NCBI GenBank assembly: GCA_963778655.1
Contig: CAVZVA010000003.1
Location: forward strand, 768,001-832,000
DNA: 64,000 bases
Direction: 5' to 3'
Source of the DNA: an uncultured delta proteobacterium
GTDB taxonomy: Bacteria > Myxococcota_A > Polyangia > Polyangiales > JAFGIB01
Part shown: piece by piece, positions 56,856 through 64,000 of the stretch
Position numbering within the stretch: the first letter of the stretch is position 1
Layout of the letters: every line of letters starts with the position of its first letter
Position numbers and translations under genes: made by a program
Notes under the pieces: generated by a model
Told to the model about the DNA's origin: nothing
Databases searched by the model: none
Seen by the model: the letters and a program-made list of their open reading frames with translations, nothing else

Positions 56856-57932
56856 ATGAGCAGTACGCGCGCAGAGGACTCGGGTGTGTTCGCAGAGCTC
56901 GCCGACCACGACTACGGTGAGGTGCACTTTCGGCTGGATGCAGGCTCGCAGTTGCGGGCGATCGTCGCCATTCACGATACGCGGCTCGGCCCAGCGCTGG
57001 GCGGCTGCCGCTTCATCTCGTACGCCAGCGAGCGCGCTGCGCTGATCGACGCGCTGCGGCTGGCGCGGGCGATGACCTACAAGGCGGCGCTCGCGCGCCT
57101 GCGCCACGGCGGGGGCAAGGCCGTGCTGATCCGCCCCCCGGGCGAGCTCGACCGCGGTGCGCTGTTCGCCAGCTTCGGCCGCTTCGTCGACCAGCTCGGC
57201 GGACGTTACCTCACCACCGAGGACAGCGGCACCTCGCCCGACGACATGGAGCTGGTGCGCAAGAGCACCCGCCACGTGTGCGGCTTCGGCCTGCCGAGCG
57301 GCGGCTCGGGCGACCCTTCGCCGTTCACGGCGCTGGGCGTTCGGCGTGGCATCGAAGCCTGCGTGCGCTGGCAGCTTGGCAAGGGCAGCCTCTCGGGGGT
57401 GCGGGTGGCGGTGCAGGGCGTCGGCAACGTGGGCTACCACCTGTGCAAGGAGCTGGCGGCGTGCGGCGCCCAGCTGTCCGTGGCCGACGTACGCGACGAG
57501 CTGGCTGCGCGCGTCGCTTCGGACTTCGGTGCCGAGATCGTGAGCAGCGCGACCATCCACAAGCAGGCCTGCGATGTGTTCGCGCCGTGCGCGCTGGGCG
57601 GAGCGCTCAACGATCGCACCGTACCGGAGCTGCGCTGCGCGATCGTGGCGGGCGCCGCGAACAACCAGCTGGCGAGCGCGCACAACGGCGAGATGCTGCA
57701 GGCGCGCGGCATCCTGTACGCGCCCGACTACGCGATCAATGCGGGAGGCCTGATCAACGTGGCGCAGGAAGTCGCGGGCTACGACGCCGAGAAGGCGCGC
57801 GCGCGCACGCTGCTGATCCATGACACCATCACGGAGATCTGCGAGCGCGCGCGGGCCACGTCGAGCCCGCCGAGCCGGGTCGCCGACGCTATGGTGCGCG
57901 AGATCCTCGACGCGGCGCCGGCGCAGCCGTAG
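56856..57932 (+). CDS. Leucine dehydrogenase (Glu/Leu/Phe/Val dehydrogenase family)
   Basis: LGPALGGCR, MTYK, GGGKAV, GDPSPFTA, QGVGNVG, AGAANNQL, PDYAINAGG. Confidence 0.93.
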   Translation: MSSTRAEDSGVFAELADHDYGEVHFRLDAGSQLRAIVAIHDTRLGPALGGCRFISYASERAALIDALRLARAMTYKAALARLRHGGGKAVLIRPPGELDRGALFASFGRFVDQLGGRYLTTEDSGTSPDDMELVRKSTRHVCGFGLPSGGSGDPSPFTALGVRRGIEACVRWQLGKGSLSGVRVAVQGVGNVGYHLCKELAACGAQLSVADVRDELAARVASDFGAEIVSSATIHKQACDVFAPCALGGALNDRTVPELRCAIVAGAANNQLASAHNGEMLQARGILYAPDYAINAGGLINVAQEVAGYDAEKARARTLLIHDTITEICERARATSSPPSRVADAMVREILDAAPAQP

Positions 57933-58073
57933 CGCCGCTTGCTCAGCTCCCGTTCAGAAGCGGCCGCAACCACGAGCGAGCGCAACGCAGTGCAGCGAGC
58001 CCCGCAGGAGGGTGGGGCGCCCGACGGCTTTGCCGGCGGGGCGGGAGGGCGCGTGCCCCTTCCGGTCAGCAGC

Positions 58074-58850
58074 CTACATCACCAGCCAGACGTAGCCGTC
58101 ATCCAGCTGCACCTGGTGCTCGCCCTTGCCGTCGGCGTCGGCGATCGTGAGCTTGTGGTGGCGGTCGATGGCCAGCGCCAGCTCGCTGACCGCGTCGTCG
58201 GGGCCCATGTGCGAGACGCGCTCGTTGCCGACGCCGACGATCTGGTCTCCCACGCGGATGCCGGCGCGCGCGGCCGGCGAGTAGGGCTCCACGGCGTAGA
58301 CCTTGAGGCTGTCGGGCCGGGCCTCGACCGAGACGCCGACGCCCTTGTGCGGCCGCGGCGCGCTCAGGGTGATGGTCACCGCGCCCAGGCTCTCGAGGTT
58401 GAGCCGGGCCGGTGCATCGAGCACGCTGGCCGTCGCGGGCAGGCCCCGGTGCTCCAGCTGTCCGATCGGGTCGGCGGTCAGCGCTGAATCCCAGTCCCAC
58501 ATCTCGAGCCGGAGCACGCTCTCATTGCCGATGACCACGTTGTTGGGCAGCACCACGTTCCATTGCGGCTTGGTCTGGTCGGTCTTGACCTCGGACTTCC
58601 ACACCAGGCGACCATCGACGAACAGCTTCACGAAGGGGTCGGGCCCGCTGCCGTCGTCGTCCCAGGGCAGCCCGGAAACCTTGGTCGGCGGCACCTCGCC
58701 GCTGTCGAGCCTGAAGGTATACAGGGAGGCCGGACGGTCCTTGCTCACCAGCCTCGGGTTGGGAACGACGTGAAGGGGCGTGGTGTAGCGCTGATATGCA
58801 CAGCCCGCGAGACTGACCAGGATTAGGACTGCCGAGCCGGGAACGCGCAT
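58074..58850 (-). CDS. Lipoprotein with C2-like and PDZ domains
   Basis: Lipobox LAGC; DDDGSGPDPFVK..PQWN..EMWDWD..DPIG; GVGV..SPAARAGIRVGDQI. Confidence 0.82.
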   Translation of the reverse strand: MRVPGSAVLILVSLAGCAYQRYTTPLHVVPNPRLVSKDRPASLYTFRLDSGEVPPTKVSGLPWDDDGSGPDPFVKLFVDGRLVWKSEVKTDQTKPQWNVVLPNNVVIGNESVLRLEMWDWDSALTADPIGQLEHRGLPATASVLDAPARLNLESLGAVTITLSAPRPHKGVGVSVEARPDSLKVYAVEPYSPAARAGIRVGDQIVGVGNERVSHMGPDDAVSELALAIDRHHKLTIADADGKGEHQVQLDDGYVWLVM

Positions 58851-59043
58851 GGCGCCGAGCATGCCACGTCTCGCCTACCCAGCCAATGAAGCGCGCCGCG
58901 GCGCGCAGGTGTGAGCGAAGCGAATAGCCGGCAGAGAGAGGTCCGCCAGCCGGCAGGGCGGAGGGGGCACGGGCCCTCCCCGCTGAGGCCAAGCTTGCGT
59001 CCGCCCTCCGCCCCGCGCTAGAACGCCCCGCTGGAGGCGTCGG

Positions 59044-59262
59044 ATGAACAAGCGCGTGCTGCTGGTGCTGGCCATGACGATCGCGGGGGCGCTGTGGAGT
59101 GCTGGCTGCGAGGACGATCCCCACGATCTGGACTACCTCAAGCACTCTGCTGCCGGCGCCGGCGGCGGCGGGGGACAGGCCGGTACCTCGGGCACCACGG
59201 ATGCGGGTAGCAAGCAGGACGCCGGCAGCGACGCAGGCGGCAGCGCTGACGCCGGCCACTGA
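59044..59262 (+). CDS. Small lipoprotein
   Basis: GGAGG RBS, MNKRVLLVLAMTIAGALWSAGC, DAG-rich tail. Confidence 0.7.
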   Translation: MNKRVLLVLAMTIAGALWSAGCEDDPHDLDYLKHSAAGAGGGGGQAGTSGTTDAGSKQDAGSDAGGSADAGH

Positions 59263-59298
59263 GCCTCGCCCTGGTGGGCGCGCGCAGCGGCGCCGCGA

Positions 59299-59961
59299 TC
59301 AGAAGACGTACTTCAGATAGGCCGCGCTGTGGATGCCGAGCGTGCGCTCGCCACCCAGGCCCGCGAGGTTGGGATAGAGCCGCGCACCGGCCAGCAGGCC
59401 GAGCGAGTAGTGGCGGCTGAGCAGGTGCCAGTCGAAGCCGAGGCTGCCGCCGTAGATCAGCCCGGCCGAGCCCGCGTCCTTGAAGCCGTAGGACGCCAGC
59501 AGATTGCCGGGCGTCCAATCGATCCCGGCCTCGAGCCCGAACCAGGGCGCCGCGCGTGCCGAGAGCGGCCACTGCAGCCGCGCCTGCGCCAGCACGTCGA
59601 GCAACTCGAAGTTACCAGGGCTCGGCGGCGGCGGCGCAGAAGTCTGGTGCAGCGACAGCTCGAGCGCCGCGGCGACCAGGAACCACTGCGTGAGCTCGTA
59701 GCCCAAGCCCACGTGAGCCAGCAGGCCCGGAAGCGACACCCGGCCGAGACCACCGGCGAAGCCGCGCCCGCCCAGGTGGCTCTGCAGGAAGAAGCCGTGC
59801 GCAAACATGTCGCGGCGCACCGCAATCGCTTCGGGGGGCAGGCGCTCGACGTCGAGCCGCGTCGGGTCGGGCGCCTCGGTCCGTTGCGCCTGAGCCGCGG
59901 CGCGCGACGACGCGCCCGCCACGCTGGCGAGCAGGGCGATGCAGAGCAACAGCCGCGTCAC
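59299..59961 (-). CDS. Small outer-membrane beta-barrel-like protein
   Basis: Signal peptide, alternating amphipathic strands, C-terminal YLKYVF beta-signal. Confidence 0.75.
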   Translation of the reverse strand: MTRLLLCIALLASVAGASSRAAAQAQRTEAPDPTRLDVERLPPEAIAVRRDMFAHGFFLQSHLGGRGFAGGLGRVSLPGLLAHVGLGYELTQWFLVAAALELSLHQTSAPPPPSPGNFELLDVLAQARLQWPLSARAAPWFGLEAGIDWTPGNLLASYGFKDAGSAGLIYGGSLGFDWHLLSRHYSLGLLAGARLYPNLAGLGGERTLGIHSAAYLKYVF

Positions 59962-60740
59962 GGCATCGCCGCCATCGTCATCGGGGTGAACGGCTGCGGG
60001 TCGATGTGCATCGCGTTTTGCGGTGAATCGGTCAGGCGGTCGCCCACGTCGCGCACGCGCACGGAAGCCTCGAGCAGGATCTTACCCGCCTGCTCGGTGC
60101 GCAAGCCGATGCGAAAGCCCACCAACCCCGGGATCACCTTCGGCATGTAGGGATCGCTTCGCGGATCGCTGCCGGACTTGTTCTCGAAGTAGACCGTCTC
60201 GTTGGGATTGGGATCGCCGTTGACGACCGTCGCCAGGTCCACGGCCACCTCGTCCAGCTCTTCCTCGCGAACGGTGCGACTGATGCGCTGCTTGGGCTCG
60301 AGCTTGTACTCGCGCTCCCACTGCGAGTAGTCGGCCTGCAGCATCTCGTCGACCACTTGCACGCCCGGCACGTACTCGTCGAACTCGTTGAAGCCGTTGA
60401 GCACGACCGCCACGTTGTGCTCCTGGTTGTCGAGGCTGGAGAGCGTGAAGTCGACCTCGATCGGCAGATCGCCCCGGCCGACCCAGGGCAGGCGCGGAAA
60501 CGGCAGGTTCTTGAAGCTGCCGGCGCCCTTGCGCAAGTCCTGTAGCGCGGTCTGAGAAGGCTTGCGGATCTGTAGCGGCACGCGCTTCTCCACCAGGAAG
60601 AAGGAGGTGTCGCCGGCGGTGATCGCGGCCGGCGTGCTGGCGGTGAGCGCGACCTGGTAGAGCCCGCCGTCGCCAGCGTATTCCGGCTCATTGGTACACC
60701 CGATCGCGAACAGACAGGCCATCCAGACGCAGTACCGCAT
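59958..60740 (-). CDS. Lipoprotein of unknown function
   Basis: Lipobox AIGC; start and stop overlap the flanking genes. Confidence 0.8.
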   Translation of the reverse strand: MRYCVWMACLFAIGCTNEPEYAGDGGLYQVALTASTPAAITAGDTSFFLVEKRVPLQIRKPSQTALQDLRKGAGSFKNLPFPRLPWVGRGDLPIEVDFTLSSLDNQEHNVAVVLNGFNEFDEYVPGVQVVDEMLQADYSQWEREYKLEPKQRISRTVREEELDEVAVDLATVVNGDPNPNETVYFENKSGSDPRSDPYMPKVIPGLVGFRIGLRTEQAGKILLEASVRVRDVGDRLTDSPQNAMHIDPQPFTPMTMAAMP

Positions 60741-62077
60741 CACGACCTCCCGAACAGGAAGGGATAGAGCACGTCGACCTCGCCGCCGTCGGGCTCGGGA
60801 AACTTCCAGCGCTTGATCTGGCGCAGAATGCAGCCCTCGACGCCCGAGTCACCCAGCGACGACTTGGCCAGGCGCGCGCTCGAAACCAGCCCCTTGCGGT
60901 CGATGCGCCAGGCCACCTCGACCGCGCCCTGCAGCTTGGAGTTACGTTGCAGCCCGGTCTCGAAGCAGTACTTGATTGCGGCGCGGTTGGCCTGCACCAC
61001 GCGGTTGATCTGCTCGCGCGACAGGAAGCCGCTGACGTGCGCGTTGTTTCCCCCGAGCGAGAGCTGCGCCTCGTGCGCGCCGTGACCGTCGCCGAGGCCC
61101 TTGCCGCCCTTGCCCAGGCCCTTGCCGCCGGCGACCGCAGTGCCAAGCTCCCCAGCGCCGAAGGTGACCGCCTTGCCGTGCCCTCCCCCGCCGGAGCCCG
61201 CGCCGCGAGTCGAGAGCCCGCCGTTGCCGCGTCCGATTGCGGTCTGCGCGGAGCCCAGCCCGCCGAGCAGCGCGTCGAGAGAGGTCGTCTGCAGCGCGCT
61301 GTTGACCGCGTTGCTGTGGCCCCCGCTCAGCACACCGAGCAAGCCGAGCCCGCGCACCTGCTGTGCGATCTCGTCCGCGGGCGCGCCGGCGATCTCGGTC
61401 TTGCTGCGCGTGGAGTCGCGCTTGCCGATGCGGCCCTGCTCCTTGCGCGCGCGCTTGGCTGCGGCGTCGTCGCGCGCGCGCAAGGCACGTTGCTCGCGCT
61501 CGCGCGCGCTACGGCGGGCCGCCTCGCGCGCCTCCTGCGGCGGCGGCACGACCAGGAATTTACGCAGCAGCGCGCTGTCGAGCTCCAGGTCGGAGACGGG
61601 CGCGAGCTCCTGTGCGGCGACCAGGAAGAAGAACAGCATCGCCGCCACGTGCATGAACAGCGACAGGCCCAGGCACGCGAGCAGCGCCCCGTCGCGAAAC
61701 GACTTGCGCGGCGTCTCGCCCTCGATCGGCCGCACCTGCTGGAAGAACACCGACGCGCTGCCGAAGCTGACCAGACCGTAGTCGCCCTGGCCGAGCGCGA
61801 GCGGCTCGCGCAGGTCGCGCGCGCGGCTCGGCCGGCCCCCGCGCCAGACGTAGCCGTCCATGCCGGGGGCGGGCTGCACGCTGTAGCCGCCGCCGATGGG
61901 CGCGAGCAGCGTGACATTGTCCTCGTCGCTGGCGCCCTCCGGCAGCGGAAACAGCGCGCCGCGTCCCGAGCCGAGCACCACCTTGGCGGGGATCGACAGC
62001 AGGCGCTCGTCCTGCACCGCGCCGTTCCACAGCAGCGCCACGCGCAAGGGCCGGCTGGTCTCGACAGGCGCGGCCAT
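60740..62077 (-). CDS. GltG/PglI-like protein (TM + AgmX/PglI/TonB-C domain)
   Basis: TM with SLFMH; INRVV..IKYCFE..LQGAV..CILRQIKRWKFPEPDGGEVDVLYPFLF. Confidence 0.85.
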   Translation of the reverse strand: MAAPVETSRPLRVALLWNGAVQDERLLSIPAKVVLGSGRGALFPLPEGASDEDNVTLLAPIGGGYSVQPAPGMDGYVWRGGRPSRARDLREPLALGQGDYGLVSFGSASVFFQQVRPIEGETPRKSFRDGALLACLGLSLFMHVAAMLFFFLVAAQELAPVSDLELDSALLRKFLVVPPPQEAREAARRSAREREQRALRARDDAAAKRARKEQGRIGKRDSTRSKTEIAGAPADEIAQQVRGLGLLGVLSGGHSNAVNSALQTTSLDALLGGLGSAQTAIGRGNGGLSTRGAGSGGGGHGKAVTFGAGELGTAVAGGKGLGKGGKGLGDGHGAHEAQLSLGGNNAHVSGFLSREQINRVVQANRAAIKYCFETGLQRNSKLQGAVEVAWRIDRKGLVSSARLAKSSLGDSGVEGCILRQIKRWKFPEPDGGEVDVLYPFLFGRS

Positions 62078-62604
62078 CAGAACGTGCTCTCCTTGGTGGA
62101 GCGCTCGAGCTCGGGCATGAACGAGCGGTGCGGCAGCCGCGGGCGGCCAAACTCGGCGCGCATACGGTTGAGGAAATACAGCATCTGTGGCGTCTTGAGC
62201 TGACCCTCGATGTCGAGGCCGCTGAACTCCATCACCTTGACCTGGGTATCGCCCTCGGTGCGGATCTCGCTCGATCCGGGCGTGTTCTGGGGCGGCGCTT
62301 GATCGTGGACCGCGGGGGTGGCCCCTGCGTGATCGCCCTTGACCTCCGCGGGCGCGCCGGCCTTGTGCTCGTCCGCGCCGGCCTCGTGCTTGGGTGCGGC
62401 TGCGGCGGCCTTCGGCGCCGTATGCTCGCGCGCGGCGTGCGCGCGCGGCGGATGGGTGCCCTCGGCCTTGTGTGCCTGCTTGGCAGCGCCGCGCTTGTGC
62501 GCGCGCGCTTGGCTGGAGCGTTGCCGGTGGCCCGAGTGCGCCTGCTGTGCCAGCGCCGGCGCGCAGCACAGGCAGACCAGCGCCAGCACCAGGATGCGGA
62601 TCAC
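62077..62604 (-). CDS. GltF/CglF-like exported protein
   Basis: Signal peptide; MEFSGLDIEGQLKTP..RSFMPEL; lies between the gltE-like and gltG-like genes. Confidence 0.75.
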   Translation of the reverse strand: MIRILVLALVCLCCAPALAQQAHSGHRQRSSQARAHKRGAAKQAHKAEGTHPPRAHAAREHTAPKAAAAAPKHEAGADEHKAGAPAEVKGDHAGATPAVHDQAPPQNTPGSSEIRTEGDTQVKVMEFSGLDIEGQLKTPQMLYFLNRMRAEFGRPRLPHRSFMPELERSTKESTF

Positions 62605-63848
62605 GGCGCGCCTCCGGATCCAGCCGCGGGCTTGGCGGAGCCCGCGCGCGGCGACTTCGTGCGTGCCCTGCGTCCGGCCTTGGCCTGGCCTTTGCCCTTG
62701 CTCTTGCCCTTGGCGGCGGGCGCGGAGGCGGCGGCCGGCGGCGACGCGGGCGCCTCCGGGATCTCCTGCACGTAGCGCTCGGCCGCGCTGCGCGCCGGAC
62801 CTTCGCCCGCGACCGCGAGGAAGCGCACGAACAGCTCGCGTGCCTCGGGCCGACGATCGAGGAACTCCGCGCGCAACACGCCGAGGTCGAACAGCGCAGC
62901 GGGGTGATTGGGCGCGTCGGAGAGCACGCGCTCGTACTCGCGCTGGGCTTGCTCGTGCTTGCCCTGGCCGCGCAGCGCGATCGCCAGCCCGACCCGCGCG
63001 TCGGCGTGGTCCGGCTGCTCCGCCAGCACCTGGCGATACTCGGCCTCGGCGGCCTTGTAGTCGCCAGCGCGCAGCAGCACCGCGGCGCGGTTGAGCCGTG
63101 CGGGCGCGAAGCTCTTGTCGGCCTTGAGCGCGTCCTCGAAGTGTTCGAACGCGAGTTGTGTGTCTCCCCGTGACAACGCGGTCAATCCCAGCTCATTGTG
63201 CGGACGCGGACTCTTCTCGTCCAGGTGCAAGGCTCGGTTGAACACGATCTCCGCGACCTCGATCTCGCCGCGCTCGCGGTAGATGCGGCCCACCTCCAGC
63301 AATGCCCCGATGCTCTTGGGGTCGCGCACGAGAACCGCGCGTGCTTGCTCGAGCGCGCCTTCGTATTCGCCGCGCTCTCGCAGCAGCGCGGTGAGCGCAA
63401 CGCGCACATCGAGCGCGCCGGGGTGCTGCGTGAGGTATTCGGAGAGCAGGTCGGATGCCTTGTCCTTGTCGCCGAGCGCCGCGTGGGCCTCGGCCAATGC
63501 GAGCAGCGGCTCGCCCGCGGCGGGCTGCGCCTGGTGGGCGGCCTCCAGCTCGACCAGCGCCTCGCGTGGCTCGCCGCGCCGCAAGTACAGCACGCCGAGG
63601 TTGTAATGGGCCTCCCACAGGTACGGATCGATCGCGAGCGCGTCGCGCAGCAAAGACTCAGCGCGATCGCGCGCGAACGTCTTGTCGCCGGCGAGCAGCG
63701 CGCTGGCCTTCAGGTACTCGCGCGCCGCGCGCGGGTCGGCTGGGGGCAGCGCCTTGACCTTGGGCTGGGTGCTGGTGGTGGCCCCACCGCAGGCGCACGC
63801 CAGCACGCACAGCGCGGCGCCCAGAGCTGAAAGCGCGCGGCGCCTCAT
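62601..63848 (-). CDS. GltE/AglT-like TPR lipoprotein
   Basis: Lipobox (LACAC), multiple TPRs (AHYNLG, PHNELG, ALFDLG), synteny. Confidence 0.8.
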   Translation of the reverse strand: MRRRALSALGAALCVLACACGGATTSTQPKVKALPPADPRAAREYLKASALLAGDKTFARDRAESLLRDALAIDPYLWEAHYNLGVLYLRRGEPREALVELEAAHQAQPAAGEPLLALAEAHAALGDKDKASDLLSEYLTQHPGALDVRVALTALLRERGEYEGALEQARAVLVRDPKSIGALLEVGRIYRERGEIEVAEIVFNRALHLDEKSPRPHNELGLTALSRGDTQLAFEHFEDALKADKSFAPARLNRAAVLLRAGDYKAAEAEYRQVLAEQPDHADARVGLAIALRGQGKHEQAQREYERVLSDAPNHPAALFDLGVLRAEFLDRRPEARELFVRFLAVAGEGPARSAAERYVQEIPEAPASPPAAASAPAAKGKSKGKGQAKAGRRARTKSPRAGSAKPAAGSGGAP

Positions 63849-64000
63849 CGGCGAGCCCCCCTGCGCGCCGGCTTGGTCTCGGCTGGGCGCGCGCGGAGCT
63901 TGGCGCCGGCCGCCGGCTGAGCCGGCGTCGCGGGCGCAGCGCTGCTGGGCGCGACGCGCTGCAACGTGGTAAACGGCTGGGGCTCGGGCAGCGTGCTGTC
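63845..64000 (-). CDS. C-terminal end of an upstream gene, GltD-like by position only
   Basis: Open frame DSTLPEPQPF..RRGARR* ending in an ATGA overlap with the gltE-like gene. Confidence 0.55.
   Translation of the reverse strand, partial: DSTLPEPQPFTTLQRVAPSSAAPATPAQPAAGAKLRARPAETKPARRGARR

Noticed and set aside
524..63972. Hundreds of long overlapping or antisense ORFs rich in Arg/Ala/Gly/Pro (e.g. 524-2149, 37504-39813, 55704-57821)
   Set aside because: Shadow ORFs expected in very GC-rich DNA; they overlap well-supported genes and have no recognisable motifs.

Overview
64 kb of very GC-rich bacterial chromosome. The gene content points to Myxococcota, probably Polyangia: Glt-like TPR/TonB-C gliding-type genes, MJ0042-type zinc-ribbon proteins, Ser/Thr kinases and many Cys-rich lipoproteins. 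It holds about 54 CDS. Housekeeping genes include mrdA-rodA, msrA, rplU-rpmA, punA-cdd, zapA-ygfA-uvrC and Leu dehydrogenase. There is also an EmrB/EmrA pump, a two-component pair and the 3' part of a gltD-E-F-G-like cluster. I found no rRNA, tRNA, CRISPR array or transposase. The best candidate for an uncharacterised system is a three-gene operon (24869-27870): two paralogous proteins of unknown family in front of a DyP-type peroxidase with no export signal. Other notable signals: all three frameshifts are explained by the same GATC->GAATC insertion, possibly a footprint of GATC modification in the sequencing data; a ~1490-aa zinc-ribbon/DLP-repeat/TPR membrane protein; a C2+PDZ lipoprotein; a TetR/Coq4-like pair with a visible tandem operator; a long rod-like leader before an RRM gene; apparent leaderless genes; and no 6S RNA between zapA and ygfA. 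All product calls come from recognising motifs by eye; no database search was run.
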